From assembly GCA_963850305.1 (NCBI GenBank), contig CAWKKR010000005.1:1-64000 (forward strand): 64,000 nt of DNA, written 5' to 3'. Below the pieces are notes generated by a model, which saw nothing but the letters and a program-made list of their open reading frames with translations, did not search any database and had not been told where the DNA came from. The translations under genes and the position numbers were made by a program. Every line of letters begins with the position of its first letter. Position 1 is the first letter of the stretch. This document shows positions 1 through 9,447 of this stretch, piece by piece. The DNA comes from an uncultured delta proteobacterium (GTDB taxonomy: Bacteria > Myxococcota_A > Polyangia > Polyangiales > Polyangiaceae).

Positions 1-987
1 TCTCGCGCAGCGGGAGCCAGAAACGTCATAACGAGCGGCCGGGTCGGCGGCTCCGCGATGGGGCGACTGCATCGCCAACGTGTCGCCGTCCGAAAAGTCT
101 CCGCCGCGAACGGCCCGCCTGGACGTTTCCACGTGATTGGCGCAATTGACGCACGGAACCTGGGGATACGGATCCACGTACCAATCGAGCACCCATTCGA
201 GGACATTTCCTGCGAGGTCGGACTGGCCGTATTTGCCGTCCCCCTTCGGCGATTCGGACCCGACCGCGTTCGTGCCACCCTGGACACAAGCGGTGATTGG
301 ATAGCGTTCACCGCCGTAATTCGCGTAGGTGCAATCGACCATCTCGGCGCTCGGCGGGTCCGACCACGGGTAGACACGCTGTTCGCTCCCCGCCGCTGCG
401 GCGTACTCCCATTCGACCTCGGTCGGCAAACGTCCGCCGTCCCAAACGCAAAATGCGAAGGCTTCGTACCACGTGATGCAGTTGATCGGCCGTGAGTCGC
501 CGGCTCCTGGTTGTTCCGTCCAGGTCTGCGTCTGAGCGTCGCACTGTATCGCGCTCGCGAGCGCGACTCTGTCGGCCGGCAGATCCGCGGTCCACGCCGC
601 GTCCCATCCGGGATCGGTCGGATCGTTCGGATTCTTCCCGCGGCCCGGCGCGATCATTCCCGGAGAGTACGCCGCTACGAAGTTCCGAAATCTGCCCACG
701 GTGATCTCGTAAGTGTCGAGCCGAAAGTCGCTCACGGTCGCAGGAAATTTCGGGTCGTTGGTGCGGTTGAAGGTGCCGCCCGGCACGACGGACGAACTGC
801 AGCAGTCAGTGTTCCCGTTCGGCCCGCACGTGGGTGCTAGACCGCGGCAACTCCTTCCCGAACCGGCGCCGCTGTCTGTCGCGTCCCCGCTGGAGTCCCC
901 TGCCGCGCCGCCGCCGCACGCGGTGAACAACCAGCACGCCAAAGGTATCGCGAACCACAGACACTCGACTCGCCCCGTGGCTTTCAT
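1..987 (-). CDS. FGE-sulfatase (SUMF1/EgtB/PvdO) family lipoprotein, 3' end runs off the window
   Basis: Manual translation from ATG 987: MKATGRVECLWFAIPLACWLFTAC (lipobox) ... FRLDTYEITVGRF ... PINCITWYEAFAFCVWDGGRLPTEVEWEYAA ... DLAGNVLEWVLD ... SGSRCAR. Absent from the ORF track because it is open at the edge. Confidence 0.9.
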   Translation of the reverse strand, partial: MKATGRVECLWFAIPLACWLFTACGGGAAGDSSGDATDSGAGSGRSCRGLAPTCGPNGNTDCCSSSVVPGGTFNRTNDPKFPATVSDFRLDTYEITVGRFRNFVAAYSPGMIAPGRGKNPNDPTDPGWDAAWTADLPADRVALASAIQCDAQTQTWTEQPGAGDSRPINCITWYEAFAFCVWDGGRLPTEVEWEYAAAAGSEQRVYPWSDPPSAEMVDCTYANYGGERYPITACVQGGTNAVGSESPKGDGKYGQSDLAGNVLEWVLDWYVDPYPQVPCVNCANHVETSRRAVRGGDFSDGDTLAMQSPHRGAADPAARYDVSGSRCAR

Positions 988-1456
988 GGTGCCCCCAAGA
1001 GTTGCCGATCCCGTTGCGTCAAAGTTAGCACGAGGCTTCGAACCCACCGGGACGTGGTGATGAAATCGGTTCCTTGTTCAACTCGGTGGCCCTCATGGAA
1101 AGGGCGCGGCTCCTTTGCAGCGGCGAGCGACGCGAGGGCGATCGTGAATGGAACAAATTCCGCGGATTCGCATCACCAGCTTCGCCTGGCACTCCGACGC
1201 GCGCATCGCGCGGGACTCTCGGCGTGCGCGTCGGAACCCCGCGTTGCACCGCCGCAGCGAAGCGAAAATATGTAACAGCTTCCAGTGCTTGGTCGTGCCC
1301 CCGGTGGTTCCGCTCAGATGGATCCACACGCTCGCGGAAATCGGAGCACGGTGGACTGAGTGCTGACACTCTGAGATACTCCTCGGGGGTCCTCGGGGCC
1401 TGCACGCAGTTTTAGGGACGCGCGAGTCCACTGACGCGCGTCTTGGAGGTACGGGG

Positions 1457-2719
1457 ATGTCCATTTCGCGACGACGACCTTGGGTTGAATGCGCCCTCTT
1501 GTCCAGCCTGCTTCTAGGGTGCAGTGGTCGCACCAGACGAGCGACGACGACCCAGCCGGCGAACGCGCGGGCGAACGCCAGCACTGCGCCAGATGCGAGT
1601 CCGCCGCCCATCACTCCAGGCCAATCCGTCGCGACGGCGCCTACATCAACAGCCACGCTCGGTGCTCCTTCTGCAGCGAAGCTGACAACGTGTGCGCCGG
1701 GCGGAGCGGTGGCGAATGCGGATGCTGACTGCAGGTCTGCACCGCTCGCTCAAACGACGACGTTCCCTCCGATGCAGTCGGTGGGACTGGGTCCCACAGC
1801 AACCGTTACCGCCGCCGCGCTATCGGGAGGCACGCTCTACGCGGGGTTCGAATGGACCACGTGCGCTCACGCAGGCTGTTCGACGTCCGCTGGGGTCTAC
1901 CGAACCGACGGCAGCACCGGTTGGCAAACCGTGTTCCCGAACGACGGCCGCGTCATACTGGCCACGTCGAGTTCTTCCGCCCTCTGGGTGCGCACGACAC
2001 CCCACCTCGTAGCGGCCGGCGAGCCCATTTACCAGGCGGTCGCGAATTCGTCCACCGCCGTAACCGCGTCGACGATTTCGACTGCGGGATACGCGACCGG
2101 GCTCGCACTCACGCCGACGTCCTTGTTCTCGATGACTTCCGCATCGGACTGGTCCTCGTCTGCACTGTACCGCGACGACATGGCCGCGAACGGCCATTGG
2201 GGCTCGTCCGCGCCCTTGCTCCTAATCCAAGGTCCCGCCGCTTCTCTCCGAACAAATGGCCAAGCGCTCGCGTGGGCCGAGGGTCTCGCCGGAGATACCA
2301 TCGTGGTCGGCGACCTAGCGGGAAATCGTCGATACGTCGTGCTGCTCCCTTCCGGTTCGGAGTACACGTCGCTGGAAATCGGGAGCAGCGCCGCCTTCGT
2401 AGCTTATAATCAGGAGAGCCCCACAGCTGGAGCAATCTGTGCTCTCGATCTCCAGACGGGAGCGGCTGCCGTGACCCTCGCCCTAGGCCCGGGGATCCAA
2501 GTGTGCCACATGGCCGTCAATTCGACGCGCCTGTTTTGGACCCAAGCGGCGGCAGAAGGTTCGCCGTGCACACAGGTCTGGAGCCAACCGTTGACCGGAG
2601 GAATGCCGAGCATCCTCGCGTGCAGCGCGGAAACCCTCGGGGATCTGCTCGTTGCAAACGACACCGCCGTATATTGGATCGACGACCAGGTTCGCCACAT
2701 AGATCCGAGCACCTTGTGA
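1457..2719 (+). CDS. Secreted lipoprotein, probable beta-propeller-like domain
   Basis: 420-aa ORF with LLLGC lipobox, Pro/Thr/Ala linker, and myxobacterial-type repeats (MAVNSTRLFWT, LVANDTAVYWI). Confidence 0.7.
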   Translation: MSISRRRPWVECALLSSLLLGCSGRTRRATTTQPANARANASTAPDASPPPITPGQSVATAPTSTATLGAPSAAKLTTCAPGGAVANADADCRSAPLAQTTTFPPMQSVGLGPTATVTAAALSGGTLYAGFEWTTCAHAGCSTSAGVYRTDGSTGWQTVFPNDGRVILATSSSSALWVRTTPHLVAAGEPIYQAVANSSTAVTASTISTAGYATGLALTPTSLFSMTSASDWSSSALYRDDMAANGHWGSSAPLLLIQGPAASLRTNGQALAWAEGLAGDTIVVGDLAGNRRYVVLLPSGSEYTSLEIGSSAAFVAYNQESPTAGAICALDLQTGAAAVTLALGPGIQVCHMAVNSTRLFWTQAAAEGSPCTQVWSQPLTGGMPSILACSAETLGDLLVANDTAVYWIDDQVRHIDPSTL

Positions 2720-2788
2720 TCAGAGCGTGGAAAAGCAAGGCAGGGGCATCGTTGGGTTCGGCAGTTTGATGCCGAAAGTGAGGACCAC

Positions 2789-4412
2789 ATGGGCTATCGC
2801 ATTTCTCTGAAAGTCGCCGTCATGGCGACCACGCCGTTACTGATGGCGCCGCTCTGCAGGTCGGTCTATCCGAACTGGCCCGTCAGCCCACCGGCGCCTT
2901 ACAATGTCGACGCGAGTTTCAACGCGACGAAGTTTCGCACGAATGCTCAATATGTCGAAACGAACGTGATGGCTTCGACACATTCGAACGGTGTGGTCGC
3001 GCTCGGCCTTGCCGCCGACTGGGACAATGTCGAACCATGCAACAAATGCCCCGGTGGCAATTGCACGAATCCCCCCGTGAGCTGGCCGGTGGGTTGGCCG
3101 ACTGCCAACGACGTCTCGGGTCGGCACCTCGAGACGCTCGGCGCGGATTCGTACCGATGCAACTTCAATTTCGCGTATCTGGACGCGTACCTCGACACAC
3201 ACGTGGATCCTTACGGGTCGCGCACCGCATACCGAAGTTTCGAAATTCAGCTCGCGCCGATCTTTTTCGATCATCGCGTGACTCCTCCGTACCTTTCGAC
3301 CGTCTTGTTCGACGAGCCGACCAAGACGATGTCGACGAAGTACAACCGAATGTGGGATCAGATACTTCCGCAGATCGCCCAACATACTAATATTACCGGT
3401 TCAGCCAACGTGGCAGCTATTGCCATTGGTAATGAGGTCAACGCCTACCTCAACCTGACAGGCGTCACGGATACCTGGGCCCAATACAGCCAGTTCTTGA
3501 CCGATGTGATCGCCCACATAAATTCAACCAATAGCTATACGACCGAAACCGTGAGCACTCAGTGTTTTGGAGGATGTGGTCTGTGCGACGCCGTGGGAGG
3601 AACCTGCACCGCGGCAATGCAGACAGAAGCCGTGAGCCTGATGGCTCAAACGGATTTTATGACGCTCACTTACTACCCCTACCCAGTCATTAACCCGAAC
3701 TCTACGGATCTCGATACTCGGATTGGGAGCGATCTCGGCGGCCTCGCGTTCATTGGACAAGTGCTCAACCGCGGAGTCGTTCTTCAGGAGGCCGGTTATC
3801 CCACGGCGGCGCTTCCTGGTGGCCCTACGCCCGCGGCCACCCAGAAAGCTTTCGTCGACTCGCTATTCAAAAACCTCGCGACTTACAGCGGTAACATCTA
3901 CGCAGCTGGTTATTTCTCAGTATATGATTACCCACCAAGCAACCCATTTTCCTCACGGGTTTTTTCCCGGACAATTCGGCCACGCCCAAGACTCAGAGCG
4001 ATCGGAACAATTTCAGAACCAAGATGGCGCCGAACAATTGCGCGATTAGCGCTGGCGGCGTCTGCTGTGCGATGGGCTGCATCGATTCTTCGAACAATCT
4101 CTTGTGCGGTGGCCCCAACTGCAGCGACCTTCCACCCAGCGCTCCACTCGGGGCCTCTCAATGTTGCGTGGGAACGATTCAGGGGGACCACCCGCCTGCG
4201 TGCAACTCCGCGATTCGAACGCGCCGTGCGCGCTCAATTGCAACACCAGCGTCTGCTGCAATACTGGATGCATGAACGGCGGGGTCATGCAATGCGGCGG
4301 ACCCCAATGCAGCGGTTTTTCTCGCCGAACGGGGCCGACCAGTGCTGCACGGGTAACATTCTGAGTAACGAGGCGATTGCGACTGAATCGATCGCGCGCG
4401 CCTTGCACCTAA
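2789..4412 (+). CDS. Secreted clan GH-A-like glycoside hydrolase with Cys-rich C-terminal repeats (frameshifted after ~3960; end approximate)
   Basis: Signal peptide; AIGNEVN (acid/base) and VVLQEAGYP (nucleophile) motifs. The tail continues in ORFs 4024..4275 and 4104..4364 as two Cys-rich units. Confidence 0.65.
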
Positions 4413-4470
4413 CCGCCAAGCCGTGTCGGGGAAAGTATCCGGTGCGCGGACCCCGTTCTTCCGGCGTGCC

Positions 4471-4571
4471 GGAGACCAGGGCGACCAACCCCGTCCTCGT
4501 CGTCGACCCGCCGCTCCCCGCCGTCCCACGACGGCCCCGGGCCGTCAAGGACGGCATTTTCGGGACATTTT
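4471..4571 (+). repeat. Structured ~100-bp interspersed repeat, copy 1
   Basis: GGAGACCAGGGCGACCAACCCCGTCCTCGTCGTCGACCCGCCGCTCCCCGCCGTCCCACGACGGCCCCGGGCCGTCAAGGACGGCATTTTCGGGACATTTT; near-identical reverse-complement copies at 5526 and 8286. Confidence 0.95.
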
Positions 4572-4625
4572 CGGAGAGGGCATGATTGGCTTGGCCGTCC
4601 GCGACACCTGGGCGATAGTGACAGA

Positions 4626-4775
4626 GTGAAGAAAACGTTCGCCTGGTCGACCCCTGCGAAGGCCATCGAGACCAAGGGCGATACTGGCGCAGACTGAGCA
4701 TTGCGGCGCGCGTGTCGGCTGTCGAAACCATCCGAGAAGCGAGCCTGGGCATCTACGATGAAGCTAACCCCCAAT
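4626..4775 (+). pseudogene. Small partner protein of the nucleotidyltransferase (TA-like pair), frameshifted; limits approximate
   Basis: RYWRRLSIAARVSAVETIREASLGIY resembles the small 'YWxxLsxxERlxAvExlR' proteins typically found just upstream of this NTase family. Confidence 0.5.
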
Positions 4776-5270
4776 GGCGAGAGTTCATCGGCTTGTTGTG
4801 CTCGCACCACGCGCGGTTCCTCGTCGTCGGCGCGCACGCCCTGGCAGCGCACGGTAGGCCTCGCGCGACGCAGGACATCGACATTCTGGTCGCACCGACG
4901 AAAGCGAACGCCCGGCGCGTGTGCTCCGCACTCGCCGACTTTGGATTCACTGCGCTCGCCAAGGAGGTCGACGCGTTCGCAACACCCGATTGAATGGCGA
5001 CGCTGGGAAAGCCGCCTCTACGCATCTACGTCATGACGAGCATCAGCGGCGTCTCGTTTCATCAGGCATGGCGCGGCCGGGTGAAGGCGATCCTCGACGG
5101 ACTCGAAGTCGGGTTCCTGGGGGCGCAGAGTTCGTCCGGAACAAGACGGCGTCCGGGCGACCCAGGATTTGCTCGACCTCGCGCTGCTGGAAGAGGTCGC
5201 ACCGAAAGCCTCGCGACCCCGGAAGACGGCGAGGAAGCGGCCGCGGGTCGTGCGGCGAGCCGAGCGCGGA
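4758..5270 (+). pseudogene. Nucleotidyltransferase (DUF6036/MNT-like); in-frame TGA at 4991 plus frameshifts; end approximate
   Basis: FLVVGAHALAAHGRPRATQDIDILV (GS..DxD-type motif), GKPPLRI.VMTSISGVSF, NKTASGRP.DLLDLALL, split over ORFs 4712, 4994, 4921 and 5169. Confidence 0.8.
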
Positions 5271-5445
5271 GGGAGTACCGGGGGGAGCAGTCGCGAAGCG
5301 AGCCGCGGGGGGCGGGCACTCGGGCACGCCCCCCAGGAAAAAAACCCACGCCGTCAGTGCCGTTCCACGGAGCAGTCGCGAAGCGAGCTGCGGGAACGGG
5401 CGTCGATCCGCCCCAGCGTTCCAGTGGTACGCCGCGCGGGCAGGA

Positions 5446-5523
5446 ATCAGCATGACCCACCGGGGTGATCAGGTTCACACCGGGGTGAAAATATGACACA
5501 CCGGGGTGATCAGCATGACCCAC
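5446..5523. repeat. Short direct-repeat array (CACCGGGGTGA x3; ATCAGCATGACCCAC x2)
   Basis: Visible directly, 20-21 bp periodicity, abutting repeat copy 2. Confidence 0.85.
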
Positions 5524-5525
5524 TC

Positions 5526-5627
5526 AAAATGTACCGAAAATCCCCGTCCTTGACGGCCCGGGGCCGTCGTGGGACGGCGGGGAGCGGCGGGTCGACGACG
5601 AGGACGGGGTTGGTCGCCCTGGTCTCC
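5526..5627 (-). repeat. Structured ~100-bp interspersed repeat, copy 2 (inverted relative to copy 1)
   Basis: Its reverse complement matches 4471..4571 except for a few bases near the A/T-rich end. Confidence 0.95.
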
Positions 5628-5675
5628 TCACGGATCGAAGGATGACACGAACGCGTCGCGGGCCGCCAACGCTCG

Positions 5676-6662
5676 TCACCTGCACTTCCCACCGACGCAC
5701 GCCGTCCCGGCCCCACACCTGGCGTCGCAGGCTCCGCAGTTCTGGGCGTCATCGCTTACCGGCAGGCACATTCCGTGGCAATAGGCGTCGCCGCCGGGAC
5801 AAGTGCAGCGGCCAAGCTCACAGGTCGAGCCGCCTGCGCAGACGTTATTGCATCCGCCACAATTGGCGTTGTTAACCGAGAAGTCGACGCACCCGCCGTT
5901 GCACACTGACTCGCCCCGCAAGGCACACGACACCCCCTTCGCGCATGCCCCAAGAACGCAGAGGGGCGGCCCGCCATCGTCCGGCGGGCAGACGCTATTG
6001 CAATACGAGGGGACAGATGGAGCACCGGGACCCCCAATTCCGCCAAGGCCTCCGCAGTGGCTGGCATTGGCGAGCGTGTCGATGCACACTCCATTGCAGA
6101 GCGTCTCCGGCACCGAAGGGAGACTCGCCGTGGGGCACGCGCATTGCCCTTCGACACAGATCTGACCTCCGGTGCAAGGGTTGCGGCACGTGCCGCAGTG
6201 GTCGGCGTTGCTGGCAAGGCTCACGCAGGCGCCGTCGCAGTTAGTCAAGGGGGCGCCCGCGTCCGTGGCGCATGTCGGCGAGCAGCGGCCGCGGAGGCAC
6301 ACGGCGCCCCCGCTGCAAGCCGCGCCGCACCCGCCGCAATTACCCGGGTCCGTCTCGACACTCGTGCACACACCGTCACAGTCGTCGGGGCGCGCCGGAT
6401 CCGTGCGCCTGCAGCGCCGAACGTCGAGCGCGCCGGCATCAGCTTCGCCGTCGGGCGCCGTCGAGGTACGGGCCGCGCGGCCCCCGTTCGCGAACGAGGC
6501 GTCCTGCGCGCGATCGCCGCCGATCGCACCGGCGCTACCACCCGTGGACATGGCACGACCTGGCCCGGCATCCGTCGCGTGCGCCGGCTCCGACGCGCGC
6601 CCGCAGGTCGTCGCAAGGAGCGGTAGGGTCAGGCAACTCAACCCAACAAGCGCCTTCCTCAT
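5676..6662 (-). CDS. Secreted Cys-rich repeat protein (Stig1/MXAN_6577-like repeats)
   Basis: Signal peptide, then repeated C-x-G-x-C-V-x4-D/N-x2-N/H-C-G-x-C-x3-C units. Confidence 0.85.
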   Translation of the reverse strand: MRKALVGLSCLTLPLLATTCGRASEPAHATDAGPGRAMSTGGSAGAIGGDRAQDASFANGGRAARTSTAPDGEADAGALDVRRCRRTDPARPDDCDGVCTSVETDPGNCGGCGAACSGGAVCLRGRCSPTCATDAGAPLTNCDGACVSLASNADHCGTCRNPCTGGQICVEGQCACPTASLPSVPETLCNGVCIDTLANASHCGGLGGIGGPGAPSVPSYCNSVCPPDDGGPPLCVLGACAKGVSCALRGESVCNGGCVDFSVNNANCGGCNNVCAGGSTCELGRCTCPGGDAYCHGMCLPVSDDAQNCGACDARCGAGTACVGGKCR

Positions 6663-8137
6663 TGCAGACTCAACTCATGGAAGATGACGTAAGGAGTATT
6701 GGCATTGTAGATACTACCGCCCCCCTGCAGTGACATTGTGTAAAGCTGGTTGCCGAAGCCGCTATTGGGTGGCGGTGGCGGATTCTGTCCTTGCACCCAT
6801 GGGCAGCCTGAGGCTATGCCATAGCCCCAGCGCAACGAATACGCTGTATCGGAGATGTAATGAGTGGTCTGGAGATTGGGGTTGTCGAGTCCGTACCCGT
6901 CCATGGTGACGTCCGTGTTCCAAGTGAGCGGACCACACGGGCCACACGGATTGTTGCACACCGGGCGCTCTACGATGTATTCGAACGAGTGCGACGTCGT
7001 AATGGTATTGCCATCGTAATGAATGATCTGATGCACGCTGTACCCTGTAGAAAAGTCGACGACCCATACGTTCCCACAGACCGCGAGGGGGATTCCGTCG
7101 TATGGTGGGGGGAAGTTCCCATTGCAATCGTCGTCGCCCGTTTGCACGACAATCTCATCTCCGGGCTTCACAGGGAAGGCGCAGGTCATTGACGCCGCTG
7201 CTGGAAAGTACTGCGTGTAGATGGAGGCCGAATTGTTCGGACACCCCAAGGCAAGCGCTAAGCCGGCTTGTATGATTGCATTGTCTGGCTGCCTGTCGGT
7301 TTCGGAAGCGGTCAGCGTGGACGCGGTGCCGCCGATGCCGCTCCAAATAAGGGAGATATAGGTGTTGTTTGCCGCATAGAATGAGGGGGCCTGGAATGCG
7401 GATACGCCCTGCCAGTAGTAAAGCTGTGGGTTCACGCCGGTATTTACCATAACTGGACCGGTCCAAAGAGTATTGATGACCTCGTCCTGGGTTACCATCG
7501 GTCCGCCACTCCGATTCAAATCGGCGACCCAGACTGGATCAACAATCTGCAACGGCTTCGACACCCATCTTTGCCATTCCGCGAACCGCTGCGGCTCCGC
7601 GCCCGGGTCCGGCCGCGGCGGGTAACCTTGCGCGTGAAGTTGCGCCTGCGTGAGCGCGAGGGGATCGCCGCTGAGTGCGGGTCGGGCTCCCACGACCGGC
7701 GCCGGGTTCTGATACGCGGTGTCGAGCGTGAATGTCGAAGGGTCGTCGAGATCGATAGTGTACGTCGCCCTTGCACCGCTACTCCACGTACTGCACTCAA
7801 TGCTGAGCGAGCTGCCCCACGAGACCGGCGGTTTGAAGAAACGCAAGACACCTTCTTGCTCGACGTTCACTGTCGCGGTTTGCGCTGACGCCGTACCCTG
7901 CTGAGAGATCCGACAGCGAGCGTTCGGGAGAACAGTCACCGCGATCGCCGACTTCGGTCCCTGACCGTCATCCGCACTGGGAAGCGGAGCCGAAGACGAT
8001 GCGTCGACACTCATCAGAGCGTTGGTCACGGGAGCGACTGATGCGGTCGATCCCGAGTCAATGCTGGAGCACGCGGATAGAAATGACGTCGCCACCGCCA
8101 TTGGCGCCAAAAGTCTCGCGCGCTCTTTGCTTATCAT
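6659..8137 (-). CDS. Secreted lipoprotein with G1 (eqolisin-type glutamic) peptidase domain
   Basis: Probable start ATG 8137 (MISKER...FLSAC lipobox); pro-region DPLALTQAQLHAQGYPPRPD; LIWSGIGG, IIQAG (catalytic Q), VKPGDEI, SFEYIVERP (catalytic E). Confidence 0.7.
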   Translation of the reverse strand: MISKERARLLAPMAVATSFLSACSSIDSGSTASVAPVTNALMSVDASSSAPLPSADDGQGPKSAIAVTVLPNARCRISQQGTASAQTATVNVEQEGVLRFFKPPVSWGSSLSIECSTWSSGARATYTIDLDDPSTFTLDTAYQNPAPVVGARPALSGDPLALTQAQLHAQGYPPRPDPGAEPQRFAEWQRWVSKPLQIVDPVWVADLNRSGGPMVTQDEVINTLWTGPVMVNTGVNPQLYYWQGVSAFQAPSFYAANNTYISLIWSGIGGTASTLTASETDRQPDNAIIQAGLALALGCPNNSASIYTQYFPAAASMTCAFPVKPGDEIVVQTGDDDCNGNFPPPYDGIPLAVCGNVWVVDFSTGYSVHQIIHYDGNTITTSHSFEYIVERPVCNNPCGPCGPLTWNTDVTMDGYGLDNPNLQTTHYISDTAYSLRWGYGIASGCPWVQGQNPPPPPNSGFGNQLYTMSLQGGGSIYNANTPYVIFHELSLQ

Positions 8138-8285
8138 CGGAACAAACTCCCTTGTGTTGAGCACGGAGCGGTCGCTCCTATGCCGGATTTGCCGTTGTAT
8201 TGGTTCCCCGGTAACGTGACGGCGTGGGTGCGAGCGTAACAGAGAGACGCGGAGGTCGGAAGGCTCGCTCTTCGTCGAGAGGCCA

Positions 8286-8369
8286 AAATGTACCAAAAAT
8301 CCCCGTCCTTGACGGCCCGGGGCCGTCGTGGACGGCGGGGAGCGGCGGGTCGACGACGGGGACGGGGTT
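8286..8369 (-). repeat. Structured interspersed repeat, copy 3 (truncated)
   Basis: Same orientation as copy 2; lacks the GGTCGCCCTGGTCTCC end and is joined to a transposase fragment. Confidence 0.9.
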
Positions 8370-8371
8370 TG

Positions 8372-8525
8372 GAGCACTTGCTCGCCCGGACACTCTGCTC
8401 GGCTGGTACCGGAACCTGGTGGCTGCGAAGTATGACGGCTCGGAACGCCGCGGTCCGGGGCGACCGCGCACGCGGACGACGCTCGCCGAGCTCGAGCTCA
8501 CGACGATCGCAACTCGCAACTCCAG
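8372..8525 (+). pseudogene. Fragment of an integrase-core (rve)-type IS transposase
   Basis: ARPDTLLGWYRNLVAAKYDGSERRGPGRPRT...LAEL matches the PdTLLrWhRxLVArKyDgS..rGPGRP segment of these transposases. Confidence 0.75.
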
Positions 8526-8564
8526 CACGCAAAAGTGCGCCCCCGTTCGACCGAAGCCGACCGG

Positions 8565-8694
8565 GGGCTTTGTCGGAGATACGAAGCCTCTCCGCGGGCT
8601 TTGTCGGAGATACGAAGCCTCTCCGCGGGCTTTGTCGGAGATATGAAGCCTCTCCGCGGGCTTTTCATCGGAGATACGAAGCCTCTCCGCGGGC
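8565..8694. repeat. Tandem repeat, 4 x ~31 bp (GGGCTTTGTCGGAGATACGAAGCCTCTCCGC)
   Basis: Head-to-tail copies with no spacers; each unit has a CGGAGA..TCTCCG hairpin. Confidence 0.95.
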
Positions 8695-8964
8695 AATCAG
8701 TACGACGGAGCGCTCGCGCCGGACATTCACTACTGTACGCGATTTTTGTTCGGGCACAAGCAGGCCGTCTTCTGGGCTCGGGCTCGACGAGCTAACTATG
8801 AGTGCCCGGATCCCGGAGCCAGCCGCCCCCCGACGGCTTTCGGATCGGGACGCCAGCGGTCGCGATGCAAGCGCGCTGGGCCGCATCGGTGAATCCGTGC
8901 CCGTGACGCACCGTCAGACCGGTATCAGGGCGGGCTTTCTGCCCTCGTGAAAGGATCGGTCCAA

Positions 8965-9150
8965 ATGAGCGGCGGAAAAGGCGGCGGCGGTGGCAAGGGT
9001 GGTGGTGGCTCCAAGGGCGGCAGCTCCGGCGGCGGGAGCAAGGGCGGCTCCGGCGGCGGAGGGACGCGCGGAGGCGGGAGCTCGGGCGGCAACTACCCGA
9101 GCACGACGGGCAACCCGTCGGGTGGCGGGCGCGGCAACGGGCCGCGCTGA
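8965..9150 (+). CDS. Small Gly-rich protein with PSTTGNPSGGGRGN motif
   Basis: AAGGA RBS upstream; MSGGKGGGGG...NYPSTTGNPSGGGRGNGPR. Confidence 0.65.
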   Translation: MSGGKGGGGGKGGGGSKGGSSGGGSKGGSGGGGTRGGGSSGGNYPSTTGNPSGGGRGNGPR

Positions 9151-9447
9151 GCAACCCTGTCGAGGCGCACGCGCGCTCAACGCCCGAAATGTTGGGCCCG
9201 CGTGTCGTCCTCCAAAGCGATCGGCGCAGCGTTTCTTCGTGCGCTACGCTCGCGGTAGCGCCAGGCCGCCCCCACCCCCCTTAGGCCGAGCTCGAAGACG
9301 CGAGCTCCGCTCCCGAGGCCGACCCCCTCCTCACTGCGTGTGCCTCGGGAGCGTGCGCGGCGCGGTTCTCCGCTCACCACAGCTCAAGCTGCTCGAGACG
9401 TTCGTCGGTTTTGCCGGACCGCCGCTCCGCAAGGGTCGTCGCCGCGC

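Noticed and set aside
4471..8369. Classical integron attC array
   Set aside because: No RYYYAAC/GTTRRRY core ends, mixed orientations, and no IntI gene.
8565..8694. CRISPR array
   Set aside because: Units are contiguous with no unique spacers, and no cas genes are in the window.
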